Assembly (NCBI GenBank): GCA_032718475.1
Contig: JAUCBJ010008770.1
Span: 28,157 to 92,156, forward strand
Source: Nemertoderma westbladi
Lineage: Eukaryota; Animalia; Xenacoelomorpha
Direction: 5' to 3'
Length of the DNA stretch: 64,000 bases
In this document: positions 26,239-40,000 of the stretch, one piece after another
How the letters are laid out: each line of letters begins with the position of its first letter
How positions within the stretch are numbered: the stretch's first letter is position 1
The notes under the pieces: generated by a model
Seen by the model: only the letters and a program-made list of their open reading frames with translations
The model's database searches: none
What the model was told of the DNA's origin: nothing
Made by a program: the position numbers and the translations under genes

Positions 26239-26733
26239 CTCGAGTTGCTGATTCCGTATGAACTTGAGGGCTTCCCGTATCCGTGGCACCGCGCTCTCGG
26301 GTTTGGGCTGGTACGCGGCGCTGGGCTGCTGTCCGTAGAGCGCCGGTTGCGACTGCGACGGATCGGTGAGGTCCTGGAGGGACCAGGACGGAACCGAGAA
26401 GCCGATCTCGTAGACCCATCGGGCCTCCTCGTCCAACTCAGCCTCCTCACACGGGGTCACCGCTAGAGGGCGCAACTGAAACCGTTCCGGGACATCGGTA
26501 GACCGGATATCGAAGTCCACATCCGTCAGCAGATTCCTCTCCAACTCGGACGGCTCGTACACATCGAATATTGTTTTGTTTCTCTTCCTCTGTTTCTTTG
26601 ACTTTCTCCTCGGGGCCGTCTCCTCACCTTCATCCTCGTCGTCTTCCGATTCCTCGTCATCGTCTTCCAACTCGTCTTCGTAATCAGCGTATTTATCGAA
26701 TTCGTCGAAATCGAAATCAACGCCGAATATATC
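26239..26733 (-). CDS. SUPT6H: SPT6 exon 2
   Basis: DIFGVDFDFDEF, IFDVYEPSELER, DVPERFQLR, ELDEEARWVY, FIRNQQLE; ttcag|GAT acceptor, GAG|GTGAGT donor. Confidence 0.95.
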
Positions 26734-26779
26734 CTGAAGTAAAACAGAGAATATGTTTGTAAACACACCCGAGGTTACA

Positions 26780-28100
26780 TAGTGGGGCATTAATACACTT
26801 CGGGGATCCATTGACCAGATTTTTATACTAACTAGTTTTTTCTACTTGATATTTATAAATGTTATAGAACATGTGTTAGGTATCAATTTTGATCAATATT
26901 TCTGTTCTCGAACACATTTTTTGTTCTAGAACATTTTTTGGATAAAAAAAATTTATTAAATAGTACAGGAATCGGCATTACTACACCTTGGGTACCCATA
27001 GTTTGACCAATTGCTTTCATATGAAAATGGCTTTTATCATGAGGTTTTTTTGTTCTAGAACAAATATTTTACCTTCTGTCAGTAAGATGGCAGCTAGTAA
27101 TTTTGATTTTGTGTTAACTAGTTATTTTATAAGATATATACTAAATAATAAAACTTATTTAGAACGTCAAACACAACTGTGTGATTGTGTGTTATAAGTT
27201 CTATATTTAAAATATTGCAGTTCTAAGAGGTCTAATCATTTAAAATGACAATTTTTTAAAATAAGGATTGTATGATGATTCCTGTACTACCAGTATATAT
27301 TTATTTTTTTTCCAAAATATGTTATAGAGCAAAAAAATGTGTACTAGAACAAAAATATTTATCAAAATTGATAGCTAGCACATCTTCTACAACATTTATT
27401 AAGAAATATCAAAAACTAGATAGTATAAAAAATCTGGTCAATGGGTACCCAAGGTGTACCAATGCCGGGTACCCAAGGTGTACCAATGTCGGGTACCCAA
27501 GGTGTACCAATGCCGGGTACCCAAGGTGTACCAATGCCGGGTACCCAAGGTGTACCAATGCCGGGTACCCAAGGTGTACCAATGCCGGGTACCCAAGGTG
27601 TACCAATGCCGGGTACCCAAGGTGTACCAATGCCGGGTACCCAAGGTGTACCAATGCCGGGTACCCAAGGTGTACCAATGCCGGGTACCCAAGGTGTACC
27701 AATGTCGATTTAAATGATTACTGTAGTCCCCTTAGTAACTACAGTACCGGTATTTTGAATCTAGAACTTATAACACACTTTGTGTTTGATGTTCTAAATA
27801 GGTTAATAAGCTAAATAGGTACAATAATTCATTAGCTACCATTAATAGAATAGTATATTGAATCTTAATTGTTTGCATGTCTTTTATATTTTTTCATTAT
27901 CTTTATAAAAAGTACTACCGGTACCGTAGCTAACACAAAATCAAAATTATTAGCTAAGGTACCATCTTACTGTCAGAAGGTCAAGTATTTATTCTAGAAC
28001 AAAAAACTTATGATAAAAGCCTTCTTCATATGAAAAAAAATTGTTCAAACTATGGGTGCCCATTGCTCAAGGTGTAGAAATGCCCATAGTGGGGCATTAG
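26780..28100. repeat. Foldback-like region with interleaved inverted repeats
   Basis: About 26810-26950 is inverted at about 27310-27440, and about 26975-27200 is inverted at about 27760-28085; rich in TTCTAGAA. Confidence 0.55.
27441..27706. repeat. 24-bp minisatellite (~11 units)
   Basis: Unit GGGTACCCAAGGTGTACCAATGCC. Confidence 0.95.
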
Positions 28101-28808
28101 ATGTCAGAAATTCAGCTTATAAAACCTACCGGTACCACTTACAGGTAGGGTTACATGGTACTACTGTGTTTTGTACAGGTACAACTACAGGTAATTATTG
28201 TTTTAGAATATTTCGGTAAAACAAATTTTACGGCACCTATTTTTGTGTATTTTTTTAATGATTTCAGTTAAAAACCAAAAATGTCATCAAATTGTTATTG
28301 TAGCTCGTTGTCGCCTTTTATTATTGTACCTAGTATTTTCGTACTACCGGTATCTAGTTTTACAATATTTTAAGCAAAATATATTACAGTATTAAATTTA
28401 AATTCAAAATAAATAATAAACAGAATTAAAATTGCTGGCTAATAATTCAAATCACTAGTTAATATGAAAATTTGTAGTTGTTAGGAATTGTTTTTAACAC
28501 TACGGTACCCTAATCAAATAAAAATCACAATTTTTTTTTAAATGTTCTAGAACTAAAAATAATTGTTCTAGAACATTACTTTTTACAAAAATGAATAGGC
28601 AATATGTTCTAGAACTTTTTTTTAAAAAAGTAAGAACAACTAGCTTAGAAAACAACAAAAAACCTACCGTAATTAATTTAAAATATTCTAGAACAACAAT
28701 TATGTTCTAGAACAAAATGAATAAAAAAATGCATACACAATACGAAAAAAAGTACCAAAAATTAGCTACCGTAGTATGAAAAATTTGGCGGGAGGTGTGC
28801 CCAAAACA

Positions 28809-28970
28809 CAGCAGTACCGGGTTACAGTAGTACCGGGTTACAGTAGTACCGGGTTACAGTAGTACCGGGTTACAGTAGTATCGGGTTACAGTAGTACCGG
28901 GTTACAGTAGTACCGGGATACAGTAGTACCGGGTTACAGTAGTACCGGGTTATAGTAGTACCGGGTTACA
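28809..28970. repeat. 16-bp minisatellite (~10 units)
   Basis: Unit CAGTAGTACCGGGTTA. Confidence 0.92.
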
Positions 28971-29170
28971 TGACATACCCATACAATCCTCCATAGCCTC
29001 AACAAATTCATTGTACAAAGTCATAAATTAATAAAAATTTAGTGTTGCTGTTGTAATGCATTTGTAGGTACCCGAAACATGACTGTACCGGTACCTGTTA
29101 AACAGCTAAACGTCAGAACGTTCTATCGGCTGATATTTAAATTAGGTCTATATGTCTTCTAAAGCTTAAC

Positions 29171-29809
29171 CTGGGCTTCAGCAAGTGCTGCATCCTTGGC
29201 TGTGCTTCCGCTGTGTTTCTTAAGGACCCGAACGCGATTTATGGGCTGGCCATCGTCGTCGACAATAAAATCGTTAACATCCGACTCGTATTCCTCATCG
29301 TCCACAACCGGCTCGACCACGTTGTCGGGTTCAACCACCTCATCCTCGGCTGCATCGTCGTCGTCGCCTTCGTCGAATAGTTCCTTCTCCAGTCGGCCTC
29401 GCTCCTCGTCCGCCATTCCGCTCTGCTCGACTTCCTCACTGTCATCGCTGTCCAGCCGCACACGACCGAACTTCTTGCGCTTTACTTTCATTCCCAAGTT
29501 CTCTTCGATCAGATCGTAATCGTCGTCCTCCAGCCGATCGTCGTAATGATGTTTCCGTTTGGAACCGGCGCCGCCAATCACTTCGTCTGAGTCGTCATCG
29601 TCGGATTGACTTCCAGTGCCGTCATCTTCGTCTTCCTCACCGTCGGCTATAAAATCTCCCATTTCTGCGGCGAAAGCCTCATCAATCTCGTCACCTTCGT
29701 CTTCTTCACTGCTGTCACTCGCAATGGTTTTGGCGCCGCTCTTCTTTCCTGGAACATCTTCGGCTTCAGATAGAGACTCTTCCGCCTCCTCATCAAGAAA
29801 ATCTGACAT
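29171..29809 (-). CDS. SUPT6H: SPT6 exon 1 (acidic N-terminus)
   Basis: MSDFLDEEAEES, DDRLEDDDYDLIEENLG, DFIVDDDGQP, DAALAEAQ; CAG|GTTAAG donor, phase 0. Confidence 0.93.
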
Positions 29810-31058
29810 GTTGTTTACTTGTTTGTTTACCGGTTTGGACTCAATCAGTAAGTTATTGGTCAGTTGGTAGACAGACTTCAGGACTTATAGACTGGTAGAG
29901 GCAGGTATGTTTAGCGTAGACCTGCCACCTACCAGGCTGCAAATGGAGTCAGGGAGTGGAGTGCAAAAATCGCAACGCGGTGTGCTGTGCGCGGAAAAAT
30001 GTGTAAAAATGAGTAAAAATGTGCGGAATTGAAATAAAAGTGCACAGATTTGTTTGAAAAACACCACAAGTGCGCGGTAATCTGTGCAATATAGAGGCCT
30101 GTCAAGTCATAAATTGCGCGGATGAAGTCTGGAAGTGCAAAAATGTTAAAGTGTGAAGTGCGTTGGGTGCATAGCTGCATAGTGAGAAAAATATTCGCCA
30201 CAAAAAATGTAGTCCGCTTCACTCTGTCGCGTTTCATTCTTCTCCATTTGGAATTGTTCAAATGTAAAAATATCGCTCGATTTTCTCGCGTTTCCTTTTT
30301 ACTTTGCATTATACATTTATTTTATACATTACAGCATTCATTCAGGCATTACCCTACAGCATTCTGGCATTTAGGCCTATTTGATACATTTCTGCAACTG
30401 CAAGTACAGAACAGCAGAAATACAGTTTAGTATGCCCGTCACGCCTGACGCCGACAGCCGGAGTCTGGAGTCAGTGCTGCAATGAGTTAATTATGGGAAC
30501 AAGTGAAAACATACGGTAGGTACCCTGGCTGCCTGGTTACTGGGTTAAAACGTACCCGAACAAAGTACAAAATTAATTGCAAAAATATACTGTAACCTGT
30601 GCTATTGACTCTGACTCTCGTTTATCTGTTTATTGTTTTGCTTAGATTAATTCGTCACTACTGTCAGACTGTAACATGCTCCTTTCCTTTTAAATCTCTG
30701 GGACTAAAGATATTAATTGGTTGTAGTTGTAGGTTGTCAGGTTGTAGCTGTAGGAAGTTTTGTTAGGATGACTAGGCCTGTAGGCCGGTGGCCGGTATTG
30801 CATATTGTGTAGGCCTATTGACCATAATGTCTTGTGGCTGCGAGTCCCTTTAACAGTTTAAGTTGGAAGTTAAAAGTAGGTTGTAGGTATCGCCTGTATC
30901 GGTACCTGAAATACAGAAATATGGCTGTACTGGCTGTATGGCAATACAGCAGTATGGGTACCGGTATGTTATTGACAGATTACTGGATTGATCGGGCAGT
31001 CTGCAGTACCGGTACGTTTTAACCGACAGACCGAGGTATGTTTTGTCCTGTAATCTGG

Positions 31059-32211
31059 ACAAGTCCCTAAAAGGTGCCACCCTGCTCCATAGCGCGGGAA
31101 ATTCAAATGATTGAAAGACATGTTATTTGTACTGGAAAGGGTGGCAGATCAGATCTGCCACCTATATATTGGCGGTAAATTCAAATCTGTTTTAACATTG
31201 AATACATTAATAGAGTAAGACCAATCTGCCAATGTAATTCATTGAGTCAGAATAAATTATTTAATATCGGTTTAACTCACTCATCCGGTATGTTGTTGAT
31301 TTATCTATTCTGGGACTTCGAGCAGCACGTGAACAACTAAACCAGCACGTTAACTAGTCTGGGGCTTCGAGCAGCACGTGAACAACTAAACTGGCTGGTT
31401 AACAAGTCTGGGACTTCGAGCAGCACGTAAACAACTAAGGTGACTGGTTAACTAGTCTGGTACATGTCTGGGACAGAGATAGCAGTATAGGCAGAAGCAT
31501 TATACACCTATTGTTATTACAGTACTGCAGTAGTAGGCTTACCTGCGATATATTTTACTATCAGTTCCCTGCTATATTGTTATAATTATAATGTTCTGAT
31601 GTAATTATAACTGATACAAGCAAATATTAAATGTTCTTTACATTTTACTGATAGAAGTTAAGCCAAATCCCCCGATCCCCCCCCCCCCCTCCTCAATTTT
31701 CAATTTTGCACGAAGTCCCAGACTAGTTAACCAGTCAGCTTAGTTGTTCACGTGCTGCTTGAAGTCCCAGACTAGTTAACCAGTCAGCTTAGTTGTTCAC
31801 GTGCTGTTCAAAGTCCCAGACTAGCTAACCAATCAGCTTAGTTGTTCACGTGCTGCTCGAAGTCCCAGACTAGGTATCCAGCCAGTTTATTTGTTCACGT
31901 GCTGCTCTATGCCCCAGACTAGTTAACGTGCTGGTTTAGTTGTTCACGTGCTGCTCGAAGCCCCAGAATAGATAAAACAACAACAATAACGGATGAGTGA
32001 GTTAAACCGATAAGAAATAATTTATTCTGATTCAATGAATTACATTTAGTCTTACTCTACTCATGTATTCAACGTTAAAACAGATTTGAATTTACCGCCA
32101 AAATATAGGTAGCAGATATGATCTGCCACCCTTTCCAGTACAAATTACATGTCTTTCAATCATTTGAATTTCCCGCGCTATGGAGCAGGGTGGCACCTTT
32201 TAGGGACTTGT
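31059..32211. mobile_element. Mutator/Foldback-like MITE with long TIRs
   Basis: About 400-bp TIRs starting ACAAGTCCCTAAAAGGTGCCACCC with internal ~49-bp subrepeats; 9-bp TSD GTAATCTGG (31050-31058, 32212-32220). Confidence 0.9.
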
Positions 32212-34040
32212 GTAATCTGGTAATCGTTAATTATAATTATATAGACCTACTGCTGCAGGGCAGGCCTACTCTGCTACTGTCTGACTGTTAAAAATAAGAA
32301 CGCACTCATCTCAGCATCTGCTGATACTACAGTAGAGTAGGTACTACTGTACTACTGAACTATTCAGCTATTCATTGAACTAGCCTACTCAACTACTGTA
32401 CCGGCTGACTGGTACATCGAAGGGCCTTCCTAAAACCCGGTCCGGTCCCGGTCCCCGGTCCCGGTCCCCAAGACCCCTAAAACCCGGTCCGCCGGTCCCA
32501 ATGATAGTCTACGGGGAATTTATCCCAAACTAGGACCGGGTAAAACCCGGTCGGTCCTGACCCCTAAAAGTCGGTCCATAAAAGCCGGTACATGCTTGGA
32601 TTGGCCATAATGAAAAAATATTCCAGCCAATAAAACAAGGATAGTAATATTCCAGCCAATGAAACAAGGTTGAACTTGAACTTGTTTATTAGCGGATTAC
32701 AAAGTAAAATAAATACAAATCACTACAGTTAGGTATACGGCTTGTACAACTACAGTACAGTACGACAATCATAGTGCAATTGTTACTGTTTAACACAATA
32801 TAAGCAATTTAGTACATAATATAATATACGCTACGCAATTTTAGTGTTAAATATTAAATATTTACAACAATGTTCGATGTCCAGTTGAAATAAAATGAAT
32901 ATAGAAGGTAATTGATACAGAAACTAAGAACATAATTGAATATATTATAATATACAGTATAAGCGTTATAATACTCCAGTTGAATAAAAATAATAAAATG
33001 GTAATGGTATGTTCGATCTTGTTAAAAACTGATAGGTTAAAAATACACAAAAATTATCTGAAAAGAATCCACAAGCAAAATTAATATGAATAGACCAGGT
33101 GCACGTAACAAATAAAAATAAGGAACGTTATTGATACTTAATAAAATAACACATAAATACTGCCATTAACAACCAGCAACAAGAAACATATTAAAGTTCC
33201 AAATGAAAAAATACTAGAGAGGTGGAGACTATTTTTCCAAAACTACAGTATCTTGATTGTCTGTGGATGTACGAATTATATTTAAATAAAATAATAAGAA
33301 ATAAATATGGATTCGATCTTGTTTAAAATATCCTAAAAAAGTTAAAATAAACTGACACCACATTTTTCACCAAATTAACATATTTACACTAACAAAATAT
33401 ATTTAAACTAAAATAATTACAAGATAAAAAGCATGATCCAAGCTTGACGCCCAATGTGTGTAGTGTTATCACCGATAGAAATTAACAAAAAGAAAAAAAA
33501 TGTAGCCGCTAAGGATAGCCCTAAGAGATAATTACATCTCATTTCCATAGGGATCCCTGTTATAAAAGGTAGATAAAATATAAAGTTTATAAGTAATAGA
33601 AACATAATAAAATCGCTATGTTATTGTCAGATTGTGAAATTATTCGCTATTATTATTCACTATATTATTGTTAAATAGTATTACTGCTGGCTGCTATACA
33701 CAGATACAGCGGTGTTTACTTTATTACAGGGATTATCTTTCTGTCTTTGTCTATATACAGTACAGTAGGCCTATAGGTAGGCCTGCATCATTATTCATCC
33801 GTGGGAATTATCACACGGCCTTATTTCCCACTTTATATATCTAGATGTCTAGCATTGTAGTAGGCCCTACACTGTATACTATACACAGTACAGTATAGTA
33901 CCTACTGTACAGTAGTACACTACGGTATAACAAAATGAAATTACCATTGATTACCGATGTGACATGGCCTTGGATGTGACCTCGGATTTTGTCACCACCA
34001 CCCCATCCCCCACCGGCATCGCTAACGCTTCATTACAGTA

Positions 34041-34248
34041 GGTTCTTTGGCCGTTAGGTCCTGCGTCTCTCGGTCTTAGTTCCTGTGAGTTGTCACCTTA
34101 GGTCCTGCATCATTCTGTCATTAGGTCCTGAGGCTGAGACATTCTGACATTAGGTCCTGCGTCGGTCCTGGCATAATTCAGTAGATATATACAGTATGAC
34201 ACATAATGATACAGGACCTAAAGGCCAAAGGAACTAACGACACAGAAC
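34041..34248. mobile_element. Small MITE-like repeat with TTAGGTCCTG subrepeats
   Basis: Imperfect inverted ends GGTTCTTTGGCCGTTAG / CTAACGACACAGAACC; related fragment at about 13020-13090. Confidence 0.45.
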
Positions 34249-34477
34249 CACCCCCGTCGGGGCAATTATCATTTCCTACAATACTATACGTTATTCATTG
34301 TGCCATTAAAATGTAGGCCACGCCCTGCGTCTGGAGATTGCTGGACAATCAATCAGAGTGCGCGCACCAGAGGTCTGGAACCATATGCCATCTTCTAAGC
34401 TAAGGTACAGTATACGGAACGCAAAATCTGTAAAATTCATTTAAAAACGACATAACTACAGTACTGCGTATACTGCT

Positions 34478-36657
34478 TGATAAACAACCGCGACCTCTAT
34501 ACTAACAGCAGAACTGTTGAACAGACCAATACCCGTTAATATCCTTCTGCCAACCTAATGAGTTCTCGTCTAACCAATAAGACACAAAGACTGCTCTACT
34601 GTTAAGTAAAGGGGATCAGGAGCGTGCTATTACTAAATTGTACGGGTTGCTAAATACAAAACCGCTACTTACCGTTAGATGGCGCTAGTCTGCCGTCCGC
34701 TAATATATTTTACTAATTTTACACAACTCCTGCAAAATCGCTTGTTCCTTTCTCTACCGATTGCTCGATAGAGAGCTAACTGTTCGAATCTATGAGCCAC
34801 GCAGGAATAACCAAAACAATAAACCCGAGTCGGCTCCCTAAGCTTACTTAAGACGAGTGCGAGAGGCCTTGCACTCAGAGTATTCTTACGCCTAATTCTA
34901 TCACTATTAAAGCACGCTATTACCTACGTCTTTCTAATCGCGAATACTGGAGGTTCCCTAACGTAATGTGTGAATGCGAGAATATTTAAAATATCAAAAT
35001 GGTACAGTATCTGTTTCTACGTGGATAATACCACTCCGAGTCTAAAACTGCCCGCGACTGGCTTTAGGCCAGCAAAATTACTAGCGTATCGTGCGTACCG
35101 AATAGTGCGTTCTAGCTGATTGCCCGCTAATGCAAATAACCGCTCAGCGTGAATAGTTTACAGTACACTAATTATTACCTTAGCTACTCTCCGCTATGCT
35201 GCGTACTAATTCTTAATTTTTTACTAATTAATTACAGTCACAAATATTTAACAGCGTACTAATTACTAAGAGTTCCAGAATACGTAATTCTAATTTATCA
35301 CGCAACAGGTTTCGCTAGTAATAGCCTAAATTGCCGTATTACTTTGACCTAATCAATAACTAATTATTGTAACTAAGAAATAGAAATCAATCAAAGGAAA
35401 AAGAGCGCCTATCTAAGCATTCGTAATCTTAGGCACACTTCAATAACACACCAATCAGCGTTAGAAATCACAGTTTACAATTGTGCAATTCACTACTCGT
35501 ACTCCACACTCAACGTTGTAATACGCGCAGGCCTCTCCCAGGTACATCTAGGATTCCTAACTAACCCAATTCCTGCCCCCCTAATACTAAATAGAGACAA
35601 AACCTGGATCATCAGCCCCCTAGATACTGTACCGGCGATCGGTCTGCGTGCCGCAGTGCAAGATACCCGCCCGCAACGGTGACCCTGGCCAGCGTTGCCC
35701 GCTTTGAATCCTCCGCTCTCTCCTAGTCGCTCAACCCCCCGATGCGCCCACCGCCCACTGGCACCTTAGCCCTCCATGATGCTAATAGCTACCGTAGCGG
35801 CGCATGCAAATCACAAAGTCTGACAGTCTCAGGAATCCCTTAGGATTATTGCGCAGAAAAGAATCACATAGAACCATTAATCAAAGAGTAGAAATCATAG
35901 TTCGATTGCAATTTGCAGTAATCGAAGGAATTATTGAGAAACACAAGCAAAGTAATCGCACTAGCAAATCATTCCAAGAAATTAATCAAAATTAGCAAAT
36001 TGCAGAAAATACGATATCCTAATACAAAATTAGAGACAGCTCAGCAAGTAAATTGTAACAGGGGTGTGTCATGTGATAAAGCATGAACATATGAACAACA
36101 AAGGCCCTACCGGCACACCGCCAATTTATAGGTGATCCCGATGGGGTGATGCAATAAGGTGACTCAATCGCTCTCCCATTGGCTCTCCAGTCCATGCTAG
36201 CATTAAACCAACCTGGAAGCAGTTAATCCAATAAGGAGACCGGATTGTAGCCCTATGCCCTCAAATTATTACCATATATGGTAATGGATCACGTCTCTGG
36301 CTGCTGAATGGCCAGGACAGCGTCCCTATATGCTAGCCCTATCAAACTAATATCAGCAAGCACAAAATCCAGGGTCCGAGTAAACTCGCTACCCTGGAAC
36401 TATCTACATATATCCTAATACAAAATTACGTAGGTAGGGCTACATACTATACAAAATGAATGGATGCAAAATATATGGGCGTTTTAACTTCCTTACCTAA
36501 ATGTCACCACACTGCGCCTTATCTAAATAATTATACTGCACAACGGACTAATATTACGTACAGTATAACGGACTAATACTGCATACTGCATAATGGACTA
36601 ATACTGCATACTGCATAATGGACTAATACTGTGGATACAGCGCCATATACCGTAACA
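34478..36657 (-). repeat. 3' LTR (2180 bp)
   Basis: Direct repeat of 51268-53447 at a constant 16790-bp offset; about 6 substitutions seen by eye. Confidence 0.97.
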
Positions 36658-37093
36658 CCGCTCCAAGGGAAATCATATAATGTTTCCCTCCAATTGTAGA
36701 AGAGTATAAGGTGATGTATACAAAACAAAATAAATTTCTTCCAACCAATCTAAATAACATAATAATTCTACTATTTACAAATATTGCCATAGATATTGCA
36801 TAATGAATTACATACAAATTAAATTTACAAAATATTGTTTCTCGTTCATTCTTACTACATAATGATTACTACATACAAAATCAAATATAAAAATTTTGCT
36901 AGGGCAAGTGAAAGGAGTAAGCCAAACCCGCAGGTTTGTCTCCCCAATCACTTCCTTCGCCTCTTTCATAATATAAATTCAAATAACTCAACTAGTGTAT
37001 ACGAGTCTAGTCGAAAATTTTCAAATGCTACAATATACATCAGAGCGACGATGATGTATATATCTAGAGTCTGTCGCCCTGTGCCATAATGTA

Positions 37094-40000
37094 TTATCGA
37101 CCCGCTCCTGGGTTCTTTGGGCTCGCTCCTCTCTTTCGCCCCCTTCCCAGATACACTAATCTACCTCTAGTCGACTCCGTTGACGGCTTCCGTGAGGCGT
37201 CACTCCCCGGAACCGACGACGACGTTCCCTGAGCCCCGACAGATTCTCGGCTCGAACTTCTCCCTCGGCCTCGTCCCAATTGTCGCGCTCCCGTGGTCGC
37301 TTCCACCAACTCTTCCTTCTGCAGTTGCACACGCGCTTTCTCAGACGCCCCCTGCGCCTTGCGCTGCAACCGTTGAGCTTCTATAATGGAGTGGTAGTGG
37401 TCGTCCTTGACTTGACGCTTGTCTTGGACCCCTCCTCCTGGTTCTTTCCGCGAGCCTTGAGCTCCAGCGGTCGTCGCTGTGGTCGCTGCGATCCTTTGTT
37501 CCTGTATCCTCTCGGCGGTCAATGAACCCACTGGCACATGAGTCAACAAGAATTCGTTGCGGTATTGTATAGCCACCATCCTCCAATCACCTCGCGCGCG
37601 TACCACTTTTCTAGTCTCCGTAAATACACCCTTCGTGATGCGATCGCAAATAGCAACGAAGTTCCATGTGTACTTATTGTCCATGTTCAATTGTCTGAAG
37701 TATTCTCGGACTACGATAACTCCAGTGTTCTGTGGAAGGTCTTGAGCAGTTAGGATGAGCTCCTGATATTGTGGTAGCGATTGTAGATATGGCTCGTACG
37801 CAACATGCGATGGGTCTACCACCCAAAACCCATATCCCGCTTTAAATGGTAACCAACGCATCTGCGCTTGAATATGGTAATCCGCCACACTCTCCCACTT
37901 ATCTAACATCTCCCGAAGTAGGTTAGCGCTATGGTTTTGAAAGGAATCATCTCGCAGCTGACATCTCGCGCTACGGTGTCCTTTTACTCCACAATATCCA
38001 CATTGAGAAATGAAGACGGTGCACGTGTGAAACGAATGGTCGGTCTCATTGCACCAACGACAGACCTTATGCGCCGCCTCTATTACCGCGTCGCACGACT
38101 TTAGATTGTGCCTTGTGCTGCCGCACAATTTGCACCTACGCGCTTGTGGAAACCAGGCCCTCTCGTATATGAGGTCTCCAATCGGTTTCGCACTTCCTTC
38201 CTTCCCAATGTCTAATACGATGTCGTCCTCTCCGGTCAACGGTTGTCGATCCGGAACAAAGTAAACATCCTCGCCCTTGTCCTCTATCTCCAATATTTCC
38301 TCCCGCGTTCGTTTCGGATATGTCTTCTCCACCGGAAGATCTACTCCGAACACCTCTACTAACGTTTCCGGCCAGCCCTCCTTAACAGGTCTATCAGCCT
38401 CCGAGTGGAAGGGAGTACCAAACCCGCGGGTTTGATTCCCGAACCACTTCTCCAAAGCTTCTGGCGTCGGATATTCCATCGACGGTCGGTCTCCCAAATC
38501 TCCGATGTTCTGTCGATATACTCCTTCGAATATCGCTAATCCTCTCCTCACCATCGACGTATTCTCTAACGATTGGTTGAAGAACGGGGTTAAGAAACGC
38601 TTCATCACGTCGGATTGGATTCCCCCTTTCGAGCGAACGTATTGATCTCCTCCGAATACCAATGGATGACGCTTCAAAACTCGCGCAACGATATCCGCTA
38701 ATAAACAAGTCACCATGTTCGACTCAAGCACCAAATAATATTGTAGCGACGCACGGGGTGGCGCGCAAATGTTCCAATACACTAACGCTTGCCGCTTGAA
38801 GTGGGATTTGAACTCCGCTCCCGGTGGCGTGTTGTATTCGCCATACGCCTCCTCGTACTTCTTCTGCGTCTTCAACTTAAAGTCCCAATTATACAACAAG
38901 TGTGCTATAAAGCCCATACCAGTCTTGGCAGAGTTGGGATACTCCCTATAAATTCCAATATCCTGTGCCCATAGCAACAATAGCTTGGTGTCGACAAACG
39001 GTCTCGGCAATCTATCTTCCAGATCAGTCATGGCGTTGAAGTCGCTCTCCAAATCGCTCTGGACTCCCGATCCCACCTTGACGTAATCTTGGTTGAGAAT
39101 AGCCTCTCTAACCTTCTTTGGTAACATCCTGGCGTCGATACGCTCCGCTCCGTGCATACCTCCTCGCCTGCATACCTCCAAAATCTGTTCCCTAGGATCC
39201 TTCCCTTTCCGATATTGTGTCGTTATGATGGGCTCCGGTCTCTCTCGATCCGCCCTCACACGCATAAACACATGAGTCACACCATCGGCCGCACGAATTT
39301 GAATACACTTGCTAGTCAAGCATTCCTGATGGGACCCTCCTTCATTGTCGTAGAACATCACTCTCCAATCCTGCAGTGATTCCTCCGTTTTCCTCCACTG
39401 ACGCTGAATCTCATCTGATGGGGTCCACATGCGCTCGATCGCCTTGTGGTCATCATATCGGGTATAAGAACCCTTCCTCCTCAGCCACGCCTGGTCTACC
39501 TCCTTGTCGTCTGGGAATGTAGCCACCGCGACCCATACTTTGATGTACTTATCCAACCATCCGAATAGCTTACTCTCCTTCCCCGGAGCTCCAATCTTAT
39601 CTAACGTGTCATAATCTGTGATCTGCATTGGGACATCACGCAAGAACTTCGCGCATAAAACTTCCCGTAGACAGTCAACGTTCCAATGGTCCGCCATTCT
39701 TACCATCGGCAAGAATCGTATCGCTTCTCGCGACTCCGGATGATCTACTAATATCGCAGGTTCGGTGCCATCGGAATAATACACCGGTCCGGGTTGAGAT
39801 ACGACCTGTGGAACAAATCCGGTCACTCTCCTCGTCTCCTCTTGATGTCTATCCGCGGTCTTATTATACTCCGCTATCCTGTTCTCAAATAACTCTTTCG
39901 CCTTCGCCGCTCGCTCCTCCTGCCGCAACGCGTCTATGTCGTCCTGATGCTCAGGCGTGAGGCTTCTCACTCGGTGAGGTGAAGTAAACGTAGTCCAGGG

